From: Phoronis australis
Taxonomy: Eukaryota; Animalia; Phoronida
Assembly (NCBI GenBank): GCA_002633005.1
Contig: NMRA01000565.1
Coordinates: 7,682-71,681, forward strand
Length of the DNA stretch: 64,000 nt
Direction of reading: 5' to 3'
The translations under genes and the position numbers were made by a program. The notes under the pieces are model-generated. The model did not search any database, was not told where the DNA came from, and saw nothing but the letters and a program-made list of their open reading frames with translations. This document shows, piece after piece, positions 11,101-22,100 of the stretch; the first letter of the stretch is position 1; each line of letters begins with the position of its first letter.

Positions 11101-14087
11101 CGCCTTACTCAACTGGAGTTATGCAGGTTAATGCATCCCTCACAGACACGTCTTTGTGACTGCAGCAATCAGGAATTGAACTCACCGCACTCAAAACTGA
11201 GCCTCATTTGCATTGCTTTTGTACTGGTGCAGACAATAGGGAGTTTAAATGGTGTTTTTTTCTAATTATCATTCAATATTTTCAACTTGTAGTTCTTTCA
11301 CTTTGATGGTGGCTATGTTGCCAATGTCCACTAGTAAGGTTGAGAACTTACCTGAAACTAGTGAGGTCTTGCCTTTTGCTGGCGTGATCTTGAATGGTGT
11401 CGCCAAACTCACTAAGGTGCTAGCCTTATGAGTACACCCCTGAGACGTATCGGTGCATGTGAACAGACTGCATTTTAGTAAACTGTGATAGATTCATAAA
11501 AATTCTTCTATCGCACTATTTTTGTTTAGAACAAAATCTGAAGAAAAGACTGAACTTCACCTCAATCCACTTAAAGTTCTGCATAAAGTGGAAGATATTC
11601 TCCCAGACAACTGTATCCTTGTTGCTGATGGTGGCGACTTTGTTGGAAGTGCAGCCTACATTCTGAGGTATATGAGTGCATTCTTGGCACAGTGTACGTT
11701 TGGGTGAAGTGACCTCTGTAGTGAACAGAACTGACCTAATTTAAACTCAAGGATGAATATCTTATTCTGTAAAATGTTATGGAGAGGATTTGGGTGCTAT
11801 CTAAAGGCTGAAAGTCCTATCTGTGGAAGACGGTTTTACTGCTCAGCTTTGTTTTGACAGAAGTCTTGTTTTTCTATTTCTAGAATGGAACTTTTGGTGC
11901 ATTGGGCAGTGTTTGTTGAAACAATGTATAGTCTTCTTCCGAGTCATTATGATCTCGTATTTGCATCAGGTCCACTGTCAGTACTTGTTGAAGCTTTTAA
12001 AAACATTGAAAAATGTAACAGATGCTCATAATTTCAATGTTGTTTTGAAAATTTTGTTACTTTTAGACCACGTGGACCTCTTCTTTGGTTGGACCCTGGT
12101 GCTTTCGGCACTCTTGGTGTTGGCGGAGGGTTCGCTCTCGGTGCTAAACTGTGCCGACCAGAGAGTGAAGTGTGGATTATTTATGGCGATGGCTCATGTG
12201 GTTACAGTATTGCTGAATTCGATACATTCACTAGACATAAGGTTGGTTTCGGGCACACTTTTCCTTCCTGCTGGTGGCTTTTTGATTTAAGACCACTTAC
12301 CCTTATAAAACTGGTCTCAACTAGTTCCTGTCTTCTGATACGGTCAGTTTATTGCTTGAAACCGGACTCAACAAATTGGCTGTTTAACAGCCAGTCATTC
12401 CTTGTGCTGAACATGACCTCAAGCAATAACTAACCTGCTCTTCCCAAGCCTAGAAATTATTTTTTCATCTCCGTAAGGAACAAGTTGACCAGTTTTACAG
12501 CAGTACATGTGGGTGGTCCAAAACACTGGTTCAGAACATCAATTCTTTAGATAGCTAACATTAGTGATATTTATTGGTAATAACCATGACGTTTTATGTT
12601 ACAGCTGCATTGAGTTAGACTTGGTTGTAAATTTCTGTATTGCAAGAGTCTATTTGTTTTATCAAGTAGACCAAGTGATACCAAATACTCAAAGTTAATT
12701 CTGTGTTCCAGACGCCTGTGATAGCTTTGGTTGGTAATGACGCTGGTTGGACTCAGATCTCCAGGGAACAGGTGCCCATGTTTGGCAGCAATGTAGCCTG
12801 TGGTCTTGAGGTAATTGTGCCCAATAGGTGGTGTGATCACTTGATTAACCTGAAGGTAGCACTGATGTCAGTCAGCTCTTTGGTTGATAAGATTTGAATG
12901 CATTGCTTTTTGAGGAAAAGTGTGAGCGTGTTCTTTGTATCCTGTGGCATCTTTTGGCTCTTCGTATGAAAAAGAAAACGTTTTTTACTGCAATTGGCAA
13001 GGATGCACTATGAAATTGAAACTTGTAACAACTTTTTTTGGAAATAACTTACATTCTAGTACAAAAATGCCCACAGACTACTGTATTTGTATGTTAGGCA
13101 CAAAGGACAGAACTTCCTTAGGTCTGCAGATGATCACAAGCTGATATCTTTCAAGTTCATGTGAACACTGCACAGATTTGTTGTCAGTTTCTGTATTTCT
13201 GGGATTTGGTTTGTTTATCTAGGGACTTCTAATTCGAATCACATATACACAGTGACTTTTATGTCAGTCATAGCCACATTCTTTTGGTACAACGCACAAA
13301 CGTGTGCAGGAATTTTTAGTTTTAACTTCCATCTTAAACCAATTCGTCAGACTCTGGACACCTTTAGGCGTAATCGTTGTTTTTAATAAGCCCGAGTCCA
13401 GCAACCCAAACGTTTATAAAATGTTTTATATATACTGAATAATTTTGTATTAGTAGCAGTAATAAAAACAATGACAATAGCAATGACAATAACAATGCCA
13501 ATAACAATGACAATAACAATGACAATAACAATGACAGTAACAGCAACAGTAACAATGACAATAACAATGCCAATAACAACAACAATAACAATGTCAATAA
13601 CGATAATTACAACAACAATAATAACAGCAGTAACAACAATAACAACAACAATAACAATGTCAATAACAATAATTACAACAACAATAATATCAGCAGTAAC
13701 AACAATGACAATAACAAAAACAACAACAACTATAACATCAATAATAATAATAATAATAATAATAATATACTAAAAACGTTGAAGTGCATCTGTTTAAGAG
13801 CTAATTCTTGGTTGTGTAAGTTTGTGTCTGATGTGAGTTCATAATCGGACGTAGTTATGTTTGATTGTTTTTTTGAACTATCACCGTTTGTTCCCTTCCA
13901 GTTCACGGATTATCACGTGGTCGCCGAGGGTTACGGAGGGAAGGGTCTCTTGTTGGACCGCTCTGGCGAATCCAAGATAGTGGACTTGCTGAATGATGCA
14001 CAGAACTTGTGCAAGAATGGACACAGCGTATTGATCAACTGTCTGATAGGAAAAACTAACTTCAGGGAAGGCAGTATATCTGTTTAG
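2094..14087 (+). CDS. ILVBL: ILVBL/HACL2 2-hydroxyacyl-CoA lyase 2 (acetolactate synthase-like), 5'-partial spliced gene: join(2094-2198,4029-4199,5266-5404,6013-6124,7357-7457,8729-8838,9371-9494,10147-10241,10539-10693,11530-11667,12067-12241,12712-12810,13902-14087)
   Basis: 13 exons with AG/GT boundaries and consistent phases total 1710 nt (569 aa + TAG). Motifs [65 protein letters not shown]-binding GDGS...GND and C-terminal FREGSISV match animal ILVBL as I recall it. Confidence 0.95.
2663..2756. mobile_element. Small hairpin (MITE-like) element; related core at ~30168-30230
   Basis: Arms tcggctataacgtgccc..agaaccagttt and aaactggttct..gggcatgttatatccga are near-complementary; the gagaaccagttt...caaactgattctc core recurs near 30170. 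Confidence 0.6.
2872..3931 (+). mobile_element. Non-autonomous Helentron-associated (HINE/DINE-1-like) element in an ILVBL intron
   Basis: T-run start; subterminal IR atgcgcccac (2877-2886)/gtgggcgcat (3898-3907); adjacent 5' IR gtggacgca; CGTC microsatellite; ~150-bp internal repeats (cctagtggcaatttt at ~3051, 3197, 3357, 3501); 3' hairpin caacgc-tct-gcgttg then ctcttgt. Confidence 0.75.
4029..4199 (+). CDS. ILVBL: ILVBL exon: [15 protein letters not shown]...GGAAATLLK
   Basis: tag acceptor, aag|gtctgg donor; [10 protein letters not shown] motif. Confidence 0.92.
4200..4404 (+). repeat. Degenerate ~23-bp tandem repeat starting at the ILVBL splice donor
   Basis: Units gtctggtcatgtaccctacatga / gtctggttgtataccgttcatgc / gtctggtcgtgtactgtacttgg ... 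ccctggtcgtgtaacgtgcaggg. Confidence 0.75.
5266..5404 (+). CDS. ILVBL: ILVBL exon: [10 protein letters not shown]...AQSGTP
   Basis: ttttcag acceptor, cca g|gt donor; GALQDIDQ motif. Confidence 0.92.
6013..6124 (+). CDS. ILVBL: ILVBL exon: (G)[14 protein letters not shown]...QKVIN(W)
   Basis: cag acceptor, tg|gtgagg donor; GPVFVE motif. Confidence 0.9.
7357..7457 (+). CDS. ILVBL: ILVBL exon: [15 protein letters not shown]...ATPSQ
   Basis: aag acceptor, g|gtatga donor; LFAGAWE motif; phases fit. Confidence 0.88.
8729..8838 (+). CDS. ILVBL: ILVBL exon: [26 protein letters not shown]...KAVE
   Basis: tag acceptor, gag|gtaatg donor. Confidence 0.88.
9371..9494 (+). CDS. ILVBL: ILVBL exon: [17 protein letters not shown]...[10 protein letters not shown]
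   Basis: cag acceptor, g|gtaagc donor; [13 protein letters not shown] motif. Confidence 0.9.
10147..10241 (+). CDS. ILVBL: ILVBL exon: [14 protein letters not shown]...QLFK
   Basis: cag acceptor, aag|gtaaat donor; CDFRLSYGR motif. Confidence 0.9.
10539..10693 (+). CDS. ILVBL: ILVBL exon: [17 protein letters not shown]...EKEIAN
   Basis: tttttgcag acceptor, aa|gtaagt donor; NSDMFWKP motif. Confidence 0.9.
11530..11667 (+). CDS. ILVBL: ILVBL exon: [17 protein letters not shown]...[14 protein letters not shown]
   Basis: tag acceptor, ag|gtatat donor; DGGDFVG motif. Confidence 0.9.
12067..12241 (+). CDS. ILVBL: ILVBL exon: [22 protein letters not shown]...[20 protein letters not shown]
   Basis: ttttag acceptor, aag|gttggt donor; TPP-binding GDG. 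Confidence 0.93.
12712..12810 (+). CDS. ILVBL: ILVBL exon: [33 protein letters not shown]
   Basis: cag acceptor, gag|gtaatt donor; GNDAGWTQI motif. Confidence 0.92.
13460..13768 (+). repeat. Compound trinucleotide microsatellite (ACA/ATA/ATG)n ending in (ATA)n
   Basis: acaataacaatg-type triplets; explains the poly-L and poly-T/I ORFs in the track. Confidence 0.95.
13902..14087 (+). CDS. ILVBL: ILVBL terminal exon: [15 protein letters not shown]...FREGSISV*
   Basis: pyrimidine tract and cag acceptor; TAG stop; conserved C-terminus. Confidence 0.93.
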   Translation, partial: FTDYHVVAEGYGGKGLLLDRSGESKIVDLLNDAQNLCKNGHSVLINCLIGKTNFREGSISV

Positions 14088-17004
14088 AGAACAAGAGAAT
14101 TTATTTTTGTAGTGGCGAATCAGAATTCTTTTACATTTATGTTGGATGGCACTGCTGCAGTGGTAGGGTGAGGACATCCACTCACTTAATTAAAGAGATC
14201 ATAAGTTAAATGTTTAATCTGTTAAAGCTTTGCATGTGTTTAGTTGTCATTGTAGTAGATGGTAGCCGTATTGTCACTTAACATTATCACCTAACGTTAT
14301 CAGTTAACACCGGGTTTTTGACAATATTTTAAGTGCAGCATTCAGCACTGATTTATGGTGGTGGAAGCGAGACAACAGAATGTTGTTATGACATTGTTAA
14401 AAATTCTTTTTCTCCTTGGTCTCACAAAACATATTTTAACGCTACTGAAGTTATTCAGGCCGCTTGCTCAATTTACTCTCAAATTAAGCAAGACTTAAAG
14501 CTATATTTCATTCTGTTTATCTTGCTAAAAATAAAAATCGAATTCAAGGCCATGTATACTCTCATAAAATCAGTCTCAAAATATTCCTTACCATGATAGG
14601 ATTCTATTTCTGTGGTTACCATATGAAAATTGAAATCATCAACAACTTGAGAAAATACTTCAAAGTTTATTGTGGTTGGCCAAACCTAAAATTGCAAATT
14701 TGAAAATGACGCTTCAAAGTTTATTGGAGTTGGCCAACCCTGATATTCAATTCGAAAATGGTGCATGTACGCATTGCTTGTGGCTTGAGATGGTAATGGA
14801 AATAGAAACCTGTCACAGGAAGGAATGTTACGAGACTAATTTTAGGAGAACGCAACATCTAATTTGAGCTAGATTTTTAGTTAAATTTTAAATTTTTGGT
14901 AGTGTGTTGCAAAATGACTGTTTAAAGTGATTTACACCATGTTTCACTTTTTATAAGCTTTTGAAAATTGTCAGTTAAGTACAAACTGACACAGGACAGG
15001 AATGTCCTAATTACATGTTGTTTTCTTAACTTTTGAGAAATAAGAAACAAGTACCTTTGAAACAGTTACCGTGTGCTTGCTAATAAGATGTTAATTTATA
15101 ATTGTTAGTGGAATTGTTTAGTGACAACTCTGTAAATTCTCTCTAAACATTGTAATTTGGAAAAGACACAATTAATTCAGTCACCTTCATGTGAGCAGGA
15201 AGTTTGAATAATTTTGTTTCCGGCTCTGGGTATGTGATATAAATAACTGGTTCTTTTGAGTGCAGAACACAAGTGCAAGCTAATTTGAATATTCACTGAT
15301 TTAATGAGATCTAGACACTTGGATGGGTTTCTAAGCTTTTCTTAAACTGCTGTGTGGATGTACGTAAATATGTTGTGTTCATCGTTCTTTTGTTTTGCAT
15401 AATAACGTGGTTTCTAATTGTGTAGACTTTTAGTACTATGCTGACAATGATAAAAATAGTGCGTATTTGTTGACGTACCGGTATTTGTTTCTTAAAACTG
15501 TTTATTGAACGATGCGATAGACCAGCACCTTAGGTCGAAAAACAAGTTTTAGTTTAGGCCACTCACTGTTATGCTTTAGTCTCATCTTGGTCTTTATTCA
15601 GATTAGAAAGGATTTCTAGGTTTGATTGAGAAGAGCTAACAGTTGGCTACAGCTTCACACCTGGATCATTAAGTTTGATTGTCCCGGTACAGTAGTTTCA
15701 GCCACTGAATCCGAATGTAGATGTCGGGGTTTATCCAGGCATTTTATTGTCACCATCTTTTCAGTTCAAACAAAGGATAAGAACACTACTGCTATTGATG
15801 TCACTTCAGAGGAAGAAATAAGCCTGTGATAAAAAGTCAATGTTTTTGATTCAAGAGCAAGGTTTATAACACATTTTTAATTTGTGTGTCAGAAATTTTT
15901 TTGAACGAACTTTGTGAATTGAAGTGACTGGGACTGAATGAGGGTGCACCATCAATGATGTGTGAAAATTTGTAACATTGTGCTGATCTTAGTTGTCATC
16001 TCAGTTATAAACAATAAGGGGCAAATCACAATCAAGGTCCATATTCGGTGGCCACTTTTGGTGAAAAATGAAGGTTGTTGTATCACTGTAAAAGCTGGGT
16101 TATTTTAAAATACCATCATTCCAGGTTTGTAATCTAAAATATTTTTGCACAAGAGCCACCCAATAAACTTTATGGCCTAATGCATCAGGGTTGTATAAAA
16201 GGGTATGTACGCAACAACTTGTGGTCACAGCCCATTTCTACCATGCAAAAATTCATAAGGTAGCTGTTAATTTAATATGTTCTTGATCAAATTGAAGAAG
16301 TATAACATACTAAAGTAAGAAAAGTCATTACCATGCTGATCAAGTTATTCTAGATGATGATACATTGCATATCTTAACACAGTATGATGAGAATTTTTTC
16401 TCTTGCAATGTGATTTTTACAAAAAGAAAATGACAAGTACTGTAAGTACTCTTTTCAAAAACTTTATTGGTGCTGTTTGCATAGTTTTCAATACATTCAT
16501 CAGTTGGTCAAAATAGTAAAAGCAATGCTAGGACCAGTCTTCCACTTGTAAACAGTAAAAAATGGTACTGGTTGGGGGGAGGGGGCTGCGCACACTACGC
16601 CGCACAGTCAATTAACGTCATATGTTAACTAATTTACAAATGTATGGGATGGTCTCGAGTTTTGTGCTGCCTCTACTTGTTGGTTTGTTGCAAGTTGTCT
16701 TAAGAGATAGAGAACCTGCCTCTGCAACATCAGTTGTCACATGACGTGTCTTCTAGGATGTAAAGTACCAGCCAAGTCCTGTGTGGCATTTTCTGCCCAC
16801 AAATTTGATAATGTCCATTGTTTTTTTTTTGTCAGACTGGATTCGTTTTGGAAATATCAGTATTGTTCGTGAGAACAGCAGTTCTGGCAGTATGTAAAAA
16901 TACTTGTGGGCAATACTTTATAGCACAGAGGTTGAAGGTACGTACACAACACAGGGGTTCGTGCCCTACATTTCAATGACTTGTCAGATTTATAAAAAAT
17001 ACTT

Positions 17005-17560
17005 AGAATCTACTGAGAGTTAGTTCATTTACCAAATCTATTTAAAGAGAACAAATAACAAGTACTGCATACAAGTGCATATCTGTCTGTCATTATTTGA
17101 AAATAGGCACATGTTATACTGCATGGGTACGTACACTACATAAATGCTAATATTTCACTCGAAACAAATGTATTTGTAATTAACACCCTTTTAACCAAGC
17201 ATTTTTAATGGAGGAAGCTGTCTGTGACAAGTGTTGCTTACTTACCGTGTAATATTTTTGTTTCGTGGGTTTGTAACTAAGTACTAAGAACCTACTGAGA
17301 GTTAGTTGGTTTACTAAATCAATTCAAAGAGAAAAAATAAAAAAACAGCATTCATATGCATGTCTGCCATACTTTGAAAATAGGCACAAATTAAAATATA
17401 GGGGTACGTACACTACACAAATGCTATTATTTCACTCAAAACAAATGTATTTGCAATAAACACCCTTTTAACCTAACATTTTTAAGGAAGGAAACTGTCT
17501 ATGACCAGTGTTGCTCACTTACCAAGTGATATTTTAATTTCATGGCATTTGTAAACAAAC
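17005..17560 (+). repeat. Diverged tandem duplication, two copies of ~280 bp, in a repeat-rich intergenic block
   Basis: agaa(t/c)ctactgagagttagtt...tttgaaaataggcac...gggtacgtacactaca...aaacaaatgtatttg...acacccttttaacc occurs at ~17005 and ~17288. Confidence 0.85.
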
Positions 17561-18929
17561 TTGCACTACATCACTGTTTCTGCATCACATGGTAACATAA
17601 TGTTGTATGGCCATTTATTATTCTTTGATGATAATAAGCACCATGATGTTATTTAAAAGGCAATAACTTCATTTGCAGTGACCTTTGTGTTACTGAATTC
17701 CACATGGGGGTACGTACACTACATTTTGTTAGCCCTTTTGGTCCATTTTCAACACACAAGAACCCAGTCAATATCCAAACTTTTGGTTTGTTTAGATATT
17801 GAATAATTTGCTGTGTTGCTTAGGCTAACATATTCTGCAGTTCTTTTTATTACACAGTGTGAACTTTAGTTTTTAACCTTCTTTACAGTAGGTGAGAGTT
17901 AGAAACACAGAATTTACAAATTTCGTTACGAGTGCCTGTTTTATGATGAACCCTACCATTAAGCACAACTTCATCTAAGTGATTCTGAAAGTGACTCAAG
18001 TTATTCCCAGTCATGTCTAAGCAATTGCTTACTTGATAAAATAAATTTTCTTTTCTACTGTTGACAATTGAAAATTGTAATTTTTAAAATGGCCACTCGT
18101 AACGCAAAAATGCTTGAAATTCATAGACAAAAACATGGATAATAATTTTCTTTTAAGAACATTGTCCGATTTTGATGATTCTTTTTTTAATATGCACAAC
18201 TAAATAACTCTTTGCATATGAGATTCAGTTTGCATTTGGTAAGTGATCAAAAGAATTATTTGAGACCGTAACACAGTCAACTCTCGAATATAGACCTTGA
18301 TCGTGATTTAGCCGTAAACAATGAATGATTTGTGAAAAAGACGACACACTGGTTTTTGTAGCATCAAGAGAGAGCTTGAGTTTGGCCATTTTGTGGTTGG
18401 CATTGTTAAAATTCCTGCTTATAACTTTTAAAAATAATCTTTGTTTTAGCATCTTTACTCAGTCAAGTTATTAATTTTTAAAAATTAAATGTCTTTTTGA
18501 TGGCACTCTGAAGCCAGGTATTTGCAGCAGGAGTGGAAACAAATTCTCTTTTTCGGTAGAAAGGCAAATTGAAATGGTCATGGAAAAAAGTTTTCCCATA
18601 TAGCGTAAAATTAATTCTATCCACTGAAATACCCTCCCGAGTTCAAAACTAAATTTCCCCCGTCAACTATATTCAAGCACTGCAAAATAGGTAGCACTGC
18701 AGCTCTTGTGCTCAATGTTTGCAACGGTTTATGAAAGCTCACATTTGATTGGTTGCCATTGATCACACTGAGATTCCAAAATGCTTAACAACGGAGCTAT
18801 ATCTGACTTACAGCACAACTCGGTAATTGAAATTTAAGTTACATAGGATAAATAGTATTTGGACCAAATTCCTGTCATTTTTTCACATGAAGGTGGACGC
18901 AATTCATTTTTGATGCTTCATTACACTAT

Positions 18930-18980
18930 CCAATCGAATTGATTCTTTTATGTTACTGAACTTCCGTAAGCATGACGTCA
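18930..18980 (+). promoter_or_regulatory. Putative APP-family promoter elements: CCAAT (18930-18934), ACTTCCG ETS-like site, CRE palindrome TGACGTCA (18973-18980)
   Basis: Motifs lie 100-150 bp upstream of the ATG at 19082 in a locally CpG-richer patch; motif matches only. Confidence 0.5.
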
Positions 18981-19081
18981 TTCAAGTCCCTGAGTTAGAA
19001 GTTGATAACCAAGTCGCGACTCGACGTTTCGCGATTTTTACTGCGAAAGAACACTCAACTCTTTGATATATTGCTTGAGAT

Positions 19082-19135
19082 ATGGGACCAACGTGTGGTC
19101 CAGTGGTGCTACTGTTGGCCATTTTTGGCTCACAG
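19082..19135 (+). CDS. APP: APP-like exon 1, signal peptide MGPTCGPVVLLLAIFGSQ
   Basis: ATG, hydrophobic core, strong cag|gtaaga phase-0 donor; joins exon 2 to give the SQALA|VG cleavage site. Not in the ORF track. Confidence 0.8.
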
Positions 19136-22100
19136 GTAAGATAAACATATTTTCGTAAATTTTTAGGGAATATGGAAGGCCAGTTTCTGAACGGGGTAGG
19201 CCTAACAGATCAGTGGCGATGAGTAAAATGGCGAACGGGAATGCAGTGGGACGTTCGTCTCGTTTACTATTTGACATGGGTTTTGTACTGTCACGCAGCT
19301 CTTTGGGAAATTAGAATGTTAATAAATAAACATTTACTGTTAATTAGATATTTTCTTGTTTTTATACCTGAAGAAATGAGGATGAATTTGACTAGAATAT
19401 GTTTTTTAAAACATGTTTTCCGATACTGTCTCCGAAGTAGGAATGGCCTATTGATTGATGGTCCCATCATGACGAAGTTGAACTAAGTTATCTCTCATTA
19501 AGGTTGATCATTCAAAATTTGGTCTTATTGGTAATACTAAATTGAGAGTGAGCTGACTTGTTTAACCAAAAAGAAATCGTGTGATACTCTGAGCATTTGC
19601 TTTGTTTGGTGATAAACATTAATTATCTCAGACAGGTCCTGTAGTGTTTTGCTGAAGTAAAATCTCGTCACAATATGACTGACATGTGAATTTTTATTTT
19701 TGCATTATTGATAAATAGATCTAAAGCACCGAAATAAAACCTTGTTGTTTTAAAGTTCTGTATTAACAGATAATATTTTTGAAAGTTACTTGCATTCACA
19801 ATGATGGGAGAAGCCTTGGAAAATGAAAAATGCCGTTTTGTCAATTATTATTATTACAATGCGATGATTTTACTGTGTAGAGATGAAATGAGGGACCATG
19901 CTTTTATGTAATGGCAGTTGGAGTTCTGGAAGGTAATTCGATCTCTATATAATTATTGTTAACGAATTGAATAAATATGAAAAACAGAATCTTCTGGGAG
20001 ACTTACCAAACTATTAGCATGAGGTAAATTCTGATATGATAACTTGCTCCTTGTCTCACTTGGAACACTTGGTGTCCCTGTTTATGGAGCTACTCTGAAA
20101 TGTTCCTCAAGTAATGTAGTGTTTAATGGTAATTGTAAATATTCAGAAGATAATGTATTCTCAACACAATTTTTTGAGTCATTTTTTCTGTCCACCATTG
20201 TTTGTACTATTATTTCTTAATGACCAAAAATCTACATTTGTTTTAAGCTATTTGATAACAACCTTAAATATGTAGATAAGTAATTGATTTTTCATGTTTT
20301 AATGCTTAGTTATATTCTGATAGTCTGAAAGAAGGCAATATTATACTCTGTGTATGCCATGTGTTGATTGTCTTTGATCTGTGGTGAGTCACTACCTGGC
20401 CTTTGTTATCAGCGGAACTCTTAGTCATACCTGTAAGTTTACCTGCACACAAGAAAACCCATCCTTTCGTAAAAGTCTGGTTTCAAGTCACTGATTTATT
20501 TTGTCTTTTGTAAACTGCTTTCCACAAGCTGTCATTTTGAATAATGATTTCAACATAAAAATATCCACCGTAATAAGTGTCTAATCATTTCAGTTTGTAG
20601 CAAAAGAATGTTGACTTTGTATGTTATATTAATTCTAGTAGAAGTATCTTCATATAGTGGCATTTTCATACTTTGTTGGATTATTCGAAGGATTCTCTAG
20701 TGTATTCAATATAATGTGGTGTTTAGATGCTAACAACTGTTGTGCTATTTAGTGGAACAACATTGTGTGTCTGGAGACTGCAGAGAAGTCTTTAGAGAGA
20801 CTGACTTTCTATTGACAGATGTTCTGATGGTCTGCGCGGTAATCATAAAATCTTGAAGCACCTGCTCCAGTCAAAAACCTGTAGATTCAGTGTCCCCATA
20901 TGATACAAATGATGATAATCTCTAAAATTTGAGGGTCCAAATTGTCTGAAAGTTGAACCTACTGCACTTCAACCGCCGAAATTATTTAAATCATTTGGTA
21001 CATTTTAAGTGCTTCAAAAGGGTCAAATATGAATCTTCAGGCTCCTTCATTGTGAACAGTCATTTATTTCTAGGAATTCCTATCATTCAAGATTTTTTAG
21101 TTACACTCTTCTATTTCTGACCTACATAAATAATTTGAGATATTTAAAGATATTTAAGTTACGTAATACAAAGGTTTCAACTACTTAGAAAATATTTGGA
21201 TTGTGAAAACAATTAAAATGAGGGTTTGAAGTCCAAACAATTTAGATAGGCAGGATTACCCCCAGTGATTTACTTGTTGTCTTACTAAAGAAAAATCTTC
21301 AGATTTAAGGTCCAGGTGTCCATTGCAACGAACTGACTTGAGTTCATTTTTTTACTAAAGTCTAAGATTTGTCTCAACGTCCAAACTTTGAAACTTCCAC
21401 ATCCGGTAAGTTAGTCAAAATTAAGACAAAACTTAAGTCAAAAACTTAAATCAAACTTAAGATCTCTTTTTTGGAACGGACTTGAGACAAATTTAACTGA
21501 AATTTAGGATTTGTCTTAGCCAAGTGAGTTTTCTTGAAAGGGTGCCCCTGAGCTGTTAGGCACTACAACCCTGGTTGCAAGATTTTACACATGATTGGTC
21601 AAAGTCCATGGCATGCCAGCAATGATAGTGCAGTGTGGTGCTTAGGTTAGGTGAGTGTGTAAAGGCACCTTGTTTTCAAAACCTGTTTTACATCGCCCTA
21701 TGTCTTACCCCATGTCTTACGTCATACAGAATTCTTATCAATATGTTTGCCATTTGATTTTTTTGATTTTGAAATCCTGAACATCTACAATTCTAATCAT
21801 CTGTTGAGTCTTATGTTTTGAAAAAGTGTTAGTTGTATGGTAATTCTCCACTTGTTTCGCACAAAAAATAATTGCCGAAATTGTCATTTTTACAATTTTC
21901 AAAGGCTGATTATCTTGCTACAAATTATGAAAACTTCACCAAAATGTTGTTTTATGACATTTACACAGTACTCACAATGCTCGTAGTGTAAGTTTGCACT
22001 TATTTAGCTCACAATATGGTAGACGAGTGAAATTCTGTTTTGTTGAATCTCTCCACTAAAGTTAAGATTAAGAACATTTTGGTCTTTTATCAGCATGGTT

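Noticed and set aside
13364-13773. Poly-Leu (-) and poly-Thr/Ile (+) ORFs
   Set aside because: Products of an intronic trinucleotide microsatellite.
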